DNA from: Myxococcota bacterium
GTDB taxonomy: Bacteria; Myxococcota_A; UBA796; SXON01
Direction of reading: 5' to 3'
NCBI GenBank assembly: GCA_040386535.1
Contig: JAZKFH010000027.1
Span: 243,685 to 307,684 of the forward strand
Length of the DNA stretch: 64,000 nt
The notes below the pieces were generated by a model. The model worked only from the letters and a program-made list of their open reading frames with translations. It was not told the DNA's origin and searched no databases. Position numbers and translations under genes: made by a program. Within the stretch, counting starts at the first letter, position 1, and each line of letters begins with the position of its first letter. Positions 33,238 to 44,474 of the stretch are shown here, one piece after another.

Positions 33238-34242
33238 ATGGCCTGGTCGTCACAATCGGGTTCGCCGGAAAAAAGCACGAACGTTCGCGCGGTAGAGCGG
33301 GACCCCGGCCTGAGCGCATGGGCCGAGGAGGCCGTCGCCGCGCTGGAGTCCGCCGGCGCCGCGGGCGTTGCGCAGACCGCACCGGTGAGCCGCGCGCCCA
33401 CCGCGCCGTGGTACCTCCGCGCCGGTTTCGCCACGCTCGGCACGCTCGCGCCGCCGCTCGCCACCGCGTGGGCCGAGCGCCTCTTCCTCACGGCGCCGCG
33501 CCCGCCCGCGCCGCGCAAGGAGATCGCCGCGCTCGCGACGGCCCACGTCGGCAGCGTGGTGGTGCACGGGCAACGCCTCGCCACGTGGACGTGGGTGCCC
33601 ATCCGCCACCCGGAAGGGCCGCGCGCTACCGTCCTGCTGGTGCACGGCTGGGGCGGGCGCGGCGGGCAGCTCGCCGGGTTCGTGCCCGGGCTCCTCGCGG
33701 CGGGGTACTCCGTCGTGACCTACGACGCGCCGGGCCACGGGCTCTCCGAGGGGCGTACCTCCTCGCTGGTCGAGGTCGCCCGTGCGGTCCGCGGCGTCGC
33801 GGCGGCGTTGCCGAGCCCCGTGCACGCGGTCATCGCGCACTCCATGGGCGGCGCGGCCACCGCCTTCGCGCTCGTGGAGGGCCTCCACCTGGAGCGCGCC
33901 GTGTTCGTGGCGCCGCCGTCCGCGGTGACCGAGTGGGCGCGCACGTTCTCGGAGGTGCTCGGCCTCGGCGACGACGTGCGGGACGAGATGCAGCGCCGCA
34001 TCGAGGGGCGCCTGCAGGTGGCCTGGGCGGACCTCGACATGGCGGTGGTGGCGCCCCAGATGCAAACGCCGCTGCTCGTGATCCACGATACCGACGACCG
34101 GGAGGTGCCCTACACCACGAGTGAGCGCATGGTGGAGGTGTGGCCCGGCGCCACTCTGCACACCACCCAGAAGCTCGGTCACAAGCGGATCCTGGACGAC
34201 GCCGAGGTGATTGCGCGCGCGGTGGCGTTCATCGGCGATTGA
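33238..34242 (+). CDS. Alpha/beta-fold hydrolase
   Basis: LVHGWGG, DAPGHG, AHSMG nucleophile, IHDTDDREV, LGH. Confidence 0.9.
   Translation: MAWSSQSGSPEKSTNVRAVERDPGLSAWAEEAVAALESAGAAGVAQTAPVSRAPTAPWYLRAGFATLGTLAPPLATAWAERLFLTAPRPPAPRKEIAALATAHVGSVVVHGQRLATWTWVPIRHPEGPRATVLLVHGWGGRGGQLAGFVPGLLAAGYSVVTYDAPGHGLSEGRTSSLVEVARAVRGVAAALPSPVHAVIAHSMGGAATAFALVEGLHLERAVFVAPPSAVTEWARTFSEVLGLGDDVRDEMQRRIEGRLQVAWADLDMAVVAPQMQTPLLVIHDTDDREVPYTTSERMVEVWPGATLHTTQKLGHKRILDDAEVIARAVAFIGD
33275..33290. promoter_or_regulatory. Third TetR-type operator inside the 5' end of the hydrolase CDS
   Basis: Near-perfect palindrome GCACGAACGTTCGCGC matching the two upstream sites. Confidence 0.65.
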
Positions 34243-34309
34243 CGACGCGGCGGGGCGTCGCAGGGTGGCCCGAAGGTGATCTTCCGGTTAGTCGGCGCCC
34301 TTCCCCGAG

Positions 34310-35641
34310 GTGCCCGTGTCACGCCGTCCGGTCCTGCGAACCGAGCTTCCTGGGCCCATCGCCCGCGACATCCTCCAGGGCAGCAATGGTGCCGTGTCCC
34401 CGTCCTACACGCGGGATCATCCCCTCGTGGCCGACCACGCCACGGGCCTCTGGATCACCGATCCGGACGGGAACGAGGTGCTCGACATGTGCGCGGGCAT
34501 CGCCGTGACCAGCACCGGTCACTGCCACCCCGTCGTCGTCAAGGCCATCCAGGATCAGGCCGCCCGCCTCATCCACATGAGCGGCACCGACTTCTACTAC
34601 CCGAGCCAGGCGCGGCTCGCGGGCCGGCTGGCGGCCATGCAGCCCGTGCGCGGCGACAAATGCCGGGTATACTTCGGCAACTCGGGGGCCGAGGCCAACG
34701 AGGCGGCGATGAAGCTGGCCCGGTACCACACCGGCCGCACCCAGTTCATCGCGTTCCTCGACAGCTTTCACGGGCGCACCTACGGCGCGATGTCGCTCAC
34801 CGCGTCCAAGGCGCGGCAGCGCGAGGGCTTCGGCCCCTTCCTGCCGGTCACCCACGCGATCTACCCGGACCCGTACCGCCACGGCGCCGCGGCCACGCAG
34901 ATCGCGATGGACCACCTGGAGACCCTGTTCCGCACCATCACCCCCGCGTCCGACGTGGCGGCGATCTTCGTGGAGCCGGTGCAGGGGGAGGGCGGCTACA
35001 TCGTCCCCCCGGACGACTTCCTCCCGAAGCTGCGCGCGCTCTGCGACAAGCACGGCATCCTCCTCGTGTTCGACGAGGTGCAGTGCGGCATGGGCCGCAC
35101 CGGCAAGATGTTCGCGTGGGAGCACACCGGCGTCAAACCCGACATCATCAGCCTCGCGAAGGGCATCGCCTCGGGCATGCCGCTCTCGGCCACGATCGCG
35201 AGCGAAGAGATCATGAAGTGGAAGCCGGGGGCGCACGCCAGCACCTTCGGCGGCAACCCGATCGCGTGCGCGGCGGCCAACGCCACGCTCGATCTGCTCG
35301 AGGGGGGCCTCGTCGAGAACAGCGCCACGGTCGGCGCCTTCTTGATGGACGAGCTGCGCCGCCGCGTCGGCGGCCACCCCAATGTCGGGGACATCCGCGG
35401 CCAGGGCCTCATGGTCGCCGTCGAGCTCGTGAAGGACCGCGCCACGAAGGAGCGCGCGATCGAGCTGCGCAACGACCTCGTGATGGACGCGTTCCTCAAG
35501 CACGGCATGGTCATCCTCGGCTGTGGCCAGAACACCATCCGTTTCTGCCCCGGCCTCGTCATCACGGAAGAAGAGGCGACCACGGCGGTCGAGCTCTTCG
35601 CGCGTTCTCTGTCCAGCCTCACGGGAGTTGCTCATGCGTAA
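34310..35641 (+). CDS. Class III PLP aminotransferase (4-aminobutyrate/5-aminovalerate/acetylornithine type)
   Basis: NSGAEANE, FHGRT, EPVQGEGG, DEVQCGMGRTG, LAKGIASG, STFGGNP. Confidence 0.93.
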   Translation: MPVSRRPVLRTELPGPIARDILQGSNGAVSPSYTRDHPLVADHATGLWITDPDGNEVLDMCAGIAVTSTGHCHPVVVKAIQDQAARLIHMSGTDFYYPSQARLAGRLAAMQPVRGDKCRVYFGNSGAEANEAAMKLARYHTGRTQFIAFLDSFHGRTYGAMSLTASKARQREGFGPFLPVTHAIYPDPYRHGAAATQIAMDHLETLFRTITPASDVAAIFVEPVQGEGGYIVPPDDFLPKLRALCDKHGILLVFDEVQCGMGRTGKMFAWEHTGVKPDIISLAKGIASGMPLSATIASEEIMKWKPGAHASTFGGNPIACAAANATLDLLEGGLVENSATVGAFLMDELRRRVGGHPNVGDIRGQGLMVAVELVKDRATKERAIELRNDLVMDAFLKHGMVILGCGQNTIRFCPGLVITEEEATTAVELFARSLSSLTGVAHA

Positions 35642-36800
35642 GTTCGACGGCGTCGACCTCTACAACATCGACAGCCTCTTGTCCGAGGACGAGCGCATGG
35701 TGCGCGACGCCGTCCGCGGCTGGGTTGACGACAACGTGATCCCCATCATCGAGCAGCACTGTCGCGACGCGACGTTCCCCCGCCACCTGGTCACCCAGAT
35801 GGGCGAGATGGGGCTGCTCGGCGTGAACCTCAAGGGCTACGGCTGCCCGGGCATGAGCAACGTGTCCTACGGGCTCGTGGCGCAGGAGCTCGAGCGCGGT
35901 GACTCGGGAATTCGCAGCTTTGCGAGCGTGCAGACCAGCCTCTGCATGTACCCGATCCACGCGTTCGGGACCGAGGAGCACAAGAACAAGTACCTGCCCG
36001 ACATGGCGGCCGGAAAACTCATCGGCTGCTTCGGCCTGACCGAGCCCGACTATGGCAGCAACCCGGGCGACATGGTCACGCGCGCGGTGGACGACGGCGA
36101 CAGCTACGTGCTCAACGGCGCCAAGATGTGGATCACGAACGGCACCATCGCCGACCTCGCGATCGTCTGGGCCAAGCTCGACGGCGTCATCCGCGGCTTC
36201 ATCGTCGAGAAGGGCGATCCCGGCTTCAGCGCGCCGGAGATGCACGGCAAGCACTCGCTCAAGGCGAGCGTCACGTCCGAGCTCGTGTTCCTCGACTGCC
36301 GCATCCCCAAGGACCGCCTGCTGCCGCACGTGAAGGGGCTCAAGGGCCCGTTCTCCTGCCTCAACAACGCCCGCTACGGCATCTCCTGGGGCGCGATCGG
36401 CGCGGCCATGGCGTGTTTCCACAGCGCGCGCGAGTACAGCCTCTCCCGCATCCAGTTCGGCAAGCCGATCGCCAGCTTCCAGCTCGTGCAGAACAAGCTG
36501 GCGTGGATGCTCCGCGAGATCACCAAGGCGCAGCTGCTCTCGCTCCAGCTCGGCCGCCTGAAGGACGCCGGCACGATCATCCCCGAGCAGATCTCGCTCG
36601 CCAAGATGAACAACGTCGACATCGCCTTGCAGATCGCGCGGGAGTCCCGCGACATCCACGGTGCCAACGGCATCCTGGACGAGTACCCGGTGATGCGCCA
36701 CATGGCGAACCTCGAGTCGGTCAAGACCTACGAGGGCACCCACGACATCCACAACCTCATCCTGGGGCGGTGGATCACGGGGATCCAGGCGTTCGAGTAG
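35634..36800 (+). CDS. gcdH: Glutaryl-CoA dehydrogenase
   Basis: ELERGDSGIRS..SVQ, GCFGLTEPDYGS, GLKGPFSCLNNARYGISWG, NLESVKTYEGTHDIH are GCDH-type motifs; overlaps the aminotransferase stop. Confidence 0.88.
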   Translation: MRKFDGVDLYNIDSLLSEDERMVRDAVRGWVDDNVIPIIEQHCRDATFPRHLVTQMGEMGLLGVNLKGYGCPGMSNVSYGLVAQELERGDSGIRSFASVQTSLCMYPIHAFGTEEHKNKYLPDMAAGKLIGCFGLTEPDYGSNPGDMVTRAVDDGDSYVLNGAKMWITNGTIADLAIVWAKLDGVIRGFIVEKGDPGFSAPEMHGKHSLKASVTSELVFLDCRIPKDRLLPHVKGLKGPFSCLNNARYGISWGAIGAAMACFHSAREYSLSRIQFGKPIASFQLVQNKLAWMLREITKAQLLSLQLGRLKDAGTIIPEQISLAKMNNVDIALQIARESRDIHGANGILDEYPVMRHMANLESVKTYEGTHDIHNLILGRWITGIQAFE

Positions 36801-36818
36801 CGGTCCGGATCGACAGCG

Positions 36819-37610
36819 CTACCGCTTCAGGCGGTAGCGCAACGTGACCTTCTCGCCGTTCTTCCGCGTGACCTGAACCCTCAGGTTCTCGTCGTTGCGG
36901 AGGAACAGGTAGGCGGCGATGCCGTCGGTCAGCGTCGCGACGCGTCGATCGTTGATCGAGTTGACGATGTCGCCGTGGCGCAGGCCCGCTTGCCGCAACA
37001 AGCTGCACCGCGGCAGGAAGATGCGCGCGCCGTCGGGCCGCCCGTCCGCGTCGCGGTGGGTGTTCACCCCGACCTGGTTCTCGAGCTCCTTCAGGTGGAC
37101 CGCGTAGTAGTCGACCACGTCCCGCTCGACGCGCCACTTGTCGCCGCCGAGGGGGGTGATCTCCTCGATGTCCTCGCACGGCTTGCGTTCGCCGCGCGGG
37201 CGGACGCCCTTGAGGCCCCGCCGGATGGCGGCCATGCTCGCGTTGGTGTTCGGGTCGCCGTCGGCGGCGCCCTCGGGGCCGGAGGCGGCGGGCTTGGTGA
37301 CAGCGGCGGCCGCGGGGCCGGGCGCGGTCGACGCCTCGGCGGCAGGCGCGGTGGCCTCCGTGGGCTCGACGTACATCGAGACCCGCACCGGATCGGGCTC
37401 CCCGAGGGGCACCTCGCCGCCGTCGTTCCCGATGGGGCCCGGCTCGGTGCCCTCCTCCCCGATCAGCTCGTCCGTCGACTGGTCATCGAGCCACCACAAC
37501 ACGAACAGCGGCGCGGTCAACGCGAGGTGCAGCGCCAGGCTCATCCCGAAGGAGAACACGGGCGGGGCGACGCGGGCGAGCAGCGTGGGCACGGATCTGG
37601 CGGGCCGCAC
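36819..37610 (-). CDS. Membrane-anchored protein with C-terminal PDZ-like (GspC-like) domain
   Basis: SLALH TM helix, acidic/Pro/Ala linker, 'SLLRQAGLRHGDIVNSIND...VQVTRKNG..LRYRL' PDZ-like end. Confidence 0.7.
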   Translation of the reverse strand: MRPARSVPTLLARVAPPVFSFGMSLALHLALTAPLFVLWWLDDQSTDELIGEEGTEPGPIGNDGGEVPLGEPDPVRVSMYVEPTEATAPAAEASTAPGPAAAAVTKPAASGPEGAADGDPNTNASMAAIRRGLKGVRPRGERKPCEDIEEITPLGGDKWRVERDVVDYYAVHLKELENQVGVNTHRDADGRPDGARIFLPRCSLLRQAGLRHGDIVNSINDRRVATLTDGIAAYLFLRNDENLRVQVTRKNGEKVTLRYRLKR

Positions 37611-37672
37611 GGCCGGACTCCTGGAGACCCGATGCCCTTAGCCGACCGGACGAGCCGAAGCCCGGCATGCGC

Positions 37673-38314
37673 TCAGTTGCTGTCGTCCGAGTGCGGACGG
37701 CGGCGCACGAGGACGCGCGCGGGCGGCATGTTCAGCAGCACGTTGCGGCTGCCGACCACGAGCGGAGCCAACCGCTCCTCGAGCTCCATGAGCTGGCGAG
37801 CCCGCTTGCGATCCTTGGGCGGGCCGAACATGCGGAGCACCTCGCGCCCGAGGATGTGGTGGAACATGATCAGCGTGCCACCGGGCTCGAGGAGCTCGAA
37901 GAAGCGCGCGTAGATCTTCTCCGACAGCTCGGCCGGGAAGTTCGCGAGCGGGAGTCCGCTCACGATGTGATGGTACCGCAGCCCCACGTCGAACTTGAGG
38001 ATGTCCTCGTTGTGGATGATCGGGGCCAGGGGCGTGGCGCCATCGAACCGCTTGTGGAGCGTGTCGCAGAAGGCCGGGTTCAGCTCGACCACGTCGAGAT
38101 GGTCGCCGGGGAGCAGGCGCTGAGTGAGCTCGGCGGTGACGGGGCCGACGCCCGCACCCACCTCGAGGACCCGCAGCGGGCCGCCCGATCCGCCCACCAC
38201 GGGCCGGACCATCGCCTCGCAGAGGCCACGGCTGGAGGGCCAGACGGCGCCCACGGTCGCGCCGTTCCGGAAGCTCTGCGAGAGGAATTTGAGCCCGTCC
38301 AGAACTGCGGCCAT
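37673..38314 (-). CDS. Phospholipid N-methyltransferase-like (PmtA-type) SAM methyltransferase
   Basis: VGAVWPSSRGL..AM, VLEVGAGVG, IVSGLPLANFP, NMPPARV. Confidence 0.82.
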   Translation of the reverse strand: MAAVLDGLKFLSQSFRNGATVGAVWPSSRGLCEAMVRPVVGGSGGPLRVLEVGAGVGPVTAELTQRLLPGDHLDVVELNPAFCDTLHKRFDGATPLAPIIHNEDILKFDVGLRYHHIVSGLPLANFPAELSEKIYARFFELLEPGGTLIMFHHILGREVLRMFGPPKDRKRARQLMELEERLAPLVVGSRNVLLNMPPARVLVRRRPHSDDSN

Positions 38315-38427
38315 GACGTATCCGTGACGTTCGGCTCACGTACCGCGCCCACGCCTACGGCGCAGCGTGAGAATCCGAAGGCGTGGCACTTCGGTACAAG
38401 GGCGCTCGGCATTCGGGAGCTTGGAGG

Positions 38428-38450
38428 CCGGGGGGCGCCATGCCCCCCGG
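38428..38450 (-). terminator. GC-rich hairpin downstream of the acyl-CoA dehydrogenase
   Basis: 9-bp stem CCGGGGGGC/GCCCCCCGG with 5-nt loop; no U-tract, so the terminator role is uncertain. Confidence 0.4.
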
Positions 38451-38465
38451 AGCCCCGATCGGACG

Positions 38466-40289
<1,824 letters not shown>

Positions 40290-40314
40290 GATGGAAAAAT
40301 CCTCGGGTGCTGAA

Positions 40315-40332
40315 TGAATGAATAGTCATTCA
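40315..40332. promoter_or_regulatory. FadR(TetR-family)-type operator palindrome
   Basis: TGAATGAATAGTCATTCA, an AT-rich palindrome 25 nt upstream of the acyl-CoA dehydrogenase start. Confidence 0.78.
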
Positions 40333-40444
40333 ACTAAGTCGTCGGCTCGGGGTGGGCAAGGACGCGCCCACGGTCGACTTCTCAGGGCATGATCGGAGTG
40401 GACGCTGGCCTGCAAGGGGTTTCCCTTGTAGGCACGGAGGGCGC

Positions 40445-41254
40445 GTGTTGCTGGGTTTCCTGGCGTTGACAGCCTGCGGAGGGGAGGATCCCCCCGCGGT
40501 CGCGCAGACGACGGGGTCCGCCGTCGAGAGCCTCTTCGTGGACGTTTCCGCGCGAGTGGTCGAGCCCGGAGCTCCCGCGGCGTGGACCGTTCGTGCAGTT
40601 TGGGGCACTCCTCGTCCCCCGCCGCTCCTCGCGGTCGGCGAATGCCGCCGCCCCACCGCCGAGCTCCCGGTCGGCCAGCCCGGGGCCGAGGAGCTTCGCA
40701 TCTCCGGGGGCGCGGGCGCCCGGCTCTCCCGCCTCAGCTGGGACGGACCCACCGGCACGTGGACCGCCCCGGGGCCGCGCCAGGTGCTCGACCCCGCGTG
40801 GAGCGTGGCCGACGTGTCGTGGACCGACCTGGACGGCGCCGTGCACGTCGCGGACGACGTGGTGCGCTTCGGCGGCCTGCCCGACGTGACCCGCGTGGAG
40901 CGCGAGCGGGAGGGCGGGGTGCGCGTGGGCTGGGATTCGGCCACCGTGGGCGCGACCGAGGTGCGGGTGAGCGGCCCCGCGGGCGCGCTAGTGTGCGGCA
41001 CCACCCCCGACGGCACCTCGCTGCCCTGGTGGGTCGTGCCCGCCTACGGCGGCGAGATCGTGCTGGAAAGCGTGCGGGAGAACAGCGCCCTGGTGGACGG
41101 AGTGCTCGTGCGGGTGCGCACCACGCTCGAACGCGTGATCCGCCTGGACGAGCCCGCCGGCACCACGGCCGAGGAGGAGCACCCCGCGTTCCGCCCGTAC
41201 TCGATGCACGGCCCGCGGCGGCTCATCCGGGCGGCAAGGCACCCCGTCGGGTAG
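40445..41254 (+). CDS. Hypothetical lipoprotein
   Basis: GGAGG SD then GTG; MLLGFLALTAC lipobox; beta-rich body. Confidence 0.72.
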   Translation: MLLGFLALTACGGEDPPAVAQTTGSAVESLFVDVSARVVEPGAPAAWTVRAVWGTPRPPPLLAVGECRRPTAELPVGQPGAEELRISGGAGARLSRLSWDGPTGTWTAPGPRQVLDPAWSVADVSWTDLDGAVHVADDVVRFGGLPDVTRVEREREGGVRVGWDSATVGATEVRVSGPAGALVCGTTPDGTSLPWWVVPAYGGEIVLESVRENSALVDGVLVRVRTTLERVIRLDEPAGTTAEEEHPAFRPYSMHGPRRLIRAARHPVG

Positions 41255-41272
41255 GTCTTCGCGGCCTGGGAG

Positions 41273-42619
41273 TCAGGTGCCCATCAACACCTCGCCCAGC
41301 GTGCGCGCCGGCACGAGGATGAGCCCGGCGCTGTCCCCATCGACCGACATCGGGACCCGGGCCCGCCGGAAGCCGTGCCGCTCCGCCTCCCGCAGGCGTA
41401 GCGCGGGTGAGCTGACCCCGCGCAGCTCGCCGACCAGCCCCACCTCTCCGAACACGAGCAGATCGGGCTCGACGGGGCGGTCGAGCGCGCTGGAGTGGAG
41501 CGCGACGGCGATGGCGAGGTCCGCCGCGGGCTCCTGCACCTTCACGCCGCCGGCCACGCTCACGAACACGTCCCGGTCGGACAGATCGAGGCCCGCCTTC
41601 CCCAACACGGCGAGCAGCATGGCGAGGCGCCCACGGTCCACCCCGACCGCGGTGCGCGCCGGGTTGCCCTGCGTGGGGCGGCCCACGAGCGCCTGGACCT
41701 CTACCAGCAGGGGCCGGCTCCCCTCCATCGTGCAGGTGACCACGGTGCCCGCGGCCCCGCGGGCACGCTCCTTCAAGAGGCGCGCAGACGCGTCGGGCAC
41801 CTCCGCGAGCCCCTCCTCGCGCATCTCGAACATGCCGATCTCGCCGGTGGACCCGAAGCGGTTCTTCGTGGCGCGGAGGATGCGCAGGGCGTTCGACCCG
41901 TCCCCCTCGAAGTAGAGCACCGTATCGACCATGTGCTCGAGGGCACGCGGGCCGGCGAGGTTGCCCTCCTTCGTGACGTGGCCGACCAGGAAGGTGGCGA
42001 TGTCCTTCCCCTTGGCGATCTGCATCGCCTTGGCCGCCACCTGCCGCACCTGGGAGATCGAGCCGGGAACGCTGTCCAGCTCGGGCTCTTGGAGGGTTTG
42101 CACCGAGTCGAGCACGAGCACGCGGGGCTTTACGTCCTCGATGGCGGCCACCACCGCGTCGAGCCCGGTCTCCGCGAGGAGGAACAGCTCGTCTCCGCTG
42201 ACGCCGAGCCGATCGGCGCGGAGCCGCACCTGGCGCGCCGACTCCTCGGCGCTCACGTAGAGCACGCGGATGCCCTTCCGGGCGAACGCCTGCATCGCCA
42301 TCAGCAGCAACGTGGACTTGCCGACGCCCGGATCCCCGCCGAGCAGCGTGAGCGCGCCCGTGACCAGCCCCCCGCCGAGCACCCGGTCGAGCTCGCCGAT
42401 GCCGATGCGCAGCCGCACCTCGCCCCCCTCTCCCAGCGAGATGCTGGAGAGCGGCCGTGCCTTGGAGGCGCCCGAGGCCCGCGGCGCGGCGGCCTTCGGC
42501 GCGGCGGCGCTCTGCTCGACGAGCGTGTTCCACTCGCCGCAGCCGGCGCACCGGCCCATCCAGGTCTGGGCCATGTGCCCGCACTGCTGGCAGACGTAGA
42601 CGTTTCGGACCTTGGCCAT
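41273..42619 (-). CDS. radA: DNA repair protein RadA/Sms
   Basis: C4 zinc finger, GGDPGVGKST, KNRFG motif, Lon-like C-domain. Confidence 0.97.
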   Translation of the reverse strand: MAKVRNVYVCQQCGHMAQTWMGRCAGCGEWNTLVEQSAAAPKAAAPRASGASKARPLSSISLGEGGEVRLRIGIGELDRVLGGGLVTGALTLLGGDPGVGKSTLLLMAMQAFARKGIRVLYVSAEESARQVRLRADRLGVSGDELFLLAETGLDAVVAAIEDVKPRVLVLDSVQTLQEPELDSVPGSISQVRQVAAKAMQIAKGKDIATFLVGHVTKEGNLAGPRALEHMVDTVLYFEGDGSNALRILRATKNRFGSTGEIGMFEMREEGLAEVPDASARLLKERARGAAGTVVTCTMEGSRPLLVEVQALVGRPTQGNPARTAVGVDRGRLAMLLAVLGKAGLDLSDRDVFVSVAGGVKVQEPAADLAIAVALHSSALDRPVEPDLLVFGEVGLVGELRGVSSPALRLREAERHGFRRARVPMSVDGDSAGLILVPARTLGEVLMGT

Positions 42620-42781
42620 GGGAGCGCTCGGGGGAGGGGAGTGCGTTCGCGGACAGAGCGACCGCGGGCCGAACTACTAAACGCCTGTTCGGGATACGCA
42701 AGCCCCGGAGTCGCCTTCGGGGGGCCAGAATCTGTCCGCCCCGCCGCAGGGTTCGGGGGACGCGGCGGGATAGGAGCCGGG

Positions 42782-43555
42782 ATGCGCATCGTCTCCATCT
42801 GCCCCTCGAACACCGAGATCGCCTGTGCCCTGGGGCTCGGCCCCGCGCTGGTCGGCCTCGATCGTTCGTCGGACTGGCCGCCCGAGGTGGTCACCCTGCC
42901 GCGGGTCGGCGCGGACATTGCCATCGACATGGCGGCCGTGGCGGCACTGAAGCCGGACCTCGTGCTCTCGTCGCTGTCCGTGCCGGGCATGGAGGCCAAC
43001 CTCGAGGGGCTGGACGCCGCGGGCATCCCCCACGTCGTGCTCGACGCGCGATCGATCCCGGACGTGTACACCAGCATCCGTACGGTCGGGCGGCTGTTCG
43101 GCCTCGGACGGGTCGCGGGGGAGCTCGTCGCGTCGATGCAGGCGCGCCTCGACGCGGTGGAGGCGCGAGCCGCCACCCTCCCGCGGCGGCCCACGGTGTT
43201 CCTGGAGTGGTGGCCCAAGCCCGTGATCGTGCCGGGGCGCCAGTGCTGGACCACGCAGATGATCCGCATCGCGGGCGGCGAGAGCGCGTTCGCCGATCTC
43301 GACGTGCGGTCCACGCCCGTGGAGAACGCCGCCGTGCCCGAGCGCGCCCCCGACATCCTCCTCTCGTGCTGGTGCGGCGTGCCGCACGCCCACCAGAAGC
43401 CGGGGAAGATGGCGGAGCGCCCGGGGTGGGCGGACATCCCCGGCGTTCGCACCGGTCAGGTGTTCGCCGCGGAGGAGCGCCTGTTCGGGCGCCCGGGGCC
43501 GCGCCTCGTCGAGGGTGTCGAGTGGCTGCACGAGCGGATCGTGGCATGGGCCTGA
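42782..43555 (+). CDS. Cobalamin/iron-siderophore-type (BtuF-like) substrate-binding protein
   Basis: MRIVSICPSNTEI..ALG, KPDLVL, RPGPRLVEG; no signal peptide visible. Confidence 0.85.
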   Translation: MRIVSICPSNTEIACALGLGPALVGLDRSSDWPPEVVTLPRVGADIAIDMAAVAALKPDLVLSSLSVPGMEANLEGLDAAGIPHVVLDARSIPDVYTSIRTVGRLFGLGRVAGELVASMQARLDAVEARAATLPRRPTVFLEWWPKPVIVPGRQCWTTQMIRIAGGESAFADLDVRSTPVENAAVPERAPDILLSCWCGVPHAHQKPGKMAERPGWADIPGVRTGQVFAAEERLFGRPGPRLVEGVEWLHERIVAWA

Positions 43556-44469
43556 CGCTCCTCCGCTGGGGGATGGCCGAGTACGAGCGTGGCCCGCTCG
43601 TCGGCCTGCCGCCGGGTGTCACGGAGATCATCGCCACGGGCGCGGACGCGCCGCTCGAAGAGGCCGACGTGCTGGTGGTCCCCAGCAAGACCCGGGTCGA
43701 CGCCGCGGTGGTGCGCCGGTTGACGCGCTGCCGGCTGGTCGTCACGACCACCTCGGGGCACGATCACCTCGATCTCGTCGCGCTCACCGCCGCCGGAATC
43801 GTCGCGAGCCGCCTCCCATACGCCCGCCGGGACGCGGTGGTAGAGACTGCCCTCGGCATGATCCTCGGCCTCACCCGCCGCCTCGGGCCGCTCCAGGAGG
43901 CCGCGGCGGCCGGGCGCTGGGACCGCGCGCGGCTCGTCGAGCACGGGGCCACGCGCATCGGCACCGTCGCGGTCGTCGGGGTAGGGATCATCGGGAGCCA
44001 CATGTACACGGTGCTTCGGGCGCTCGGCGCCACGGTCCTCCCGGTGGATCCGCGCCTGCCCGACACGGTGCCCCTCGCCGACGCGCTCGCGGCGGCGGAT
44101 GTCGTGACGCTCCACTGTTCGCTGAACGCCGCGCCCGGACGGGGAAACGCCGGCATGATCGGCCCTGCAGCGCTCGCGACCATGCGGCCCGGCGCCGTGC
44201 TCGTGAACACGGCCCGCGGCAAGCTCGTCGACGTCGAGGCCGCCGTGGCCGCCGTGCGCGCCGGGCACCTCGCGGGGCTCGGCCTCGACGTGTTCCCGGC
44301 CGAGCCTGCGGACCTCGCGCGCTGGGCCGCTCCGAACGTGCTGCTCACGCCCCACGCGGCGGGCTGGCACCCGCGCCTGGGCGAAGCGGTCGCGGAGGGG
44401 GTGGCAGCGGCGGTGGCCGCCCTGTTGGCGGGTACACCGGTACCGGACGCCCTTCACGACAAGGCCTGA
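43546..44469 (+). CDS. D-isomer-specific 2-hydroxyacid dehydrogenase family protein
   Basis: GVGIIG, DVVTLHC, VNTARG, LDVFPAEP, TPHAAG. Confidence 0.88.
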   Translation: MGLTLLRWGMAEYERGPLVGLPPGVTEIIATGADAPLEEADVLVVPSKTRVDAAVVRRLTRCRLVVTTTSGHDHLDLVALTAAGIVASRLPYARRDAVVETALGMILGLTRRLGPLQEAAAAGRWDRARLVEHGATRIGTVAVVGVGIIGSHMYTVLRALGATVLPVDPRLPDTVPLADALAAADVVTLHCSLNAAPGRGNAGMIGPAALATMRPGAVLVNTARGKLVDVEAAVAAVRAGHLAGLGLDVFPAEPADLARWAAPNVLLTPHAAGWHPRLGEAVAEGVAAAVAALLAGTPVPDALHDKA

Positions 44470-44474
44470 CGTCA

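Noticed and set aside
38375..38400. TGGCAC as a sigma54 promoter
   Set aside because: No TTGC at -12 and no + strand gene downstream.
42620..42781. Cobalamin riboswitch upstream of the BtuF-like gene
   Set aside because: Conserved B12-box/GGGAA and GCCACTG elements are not recognisable.
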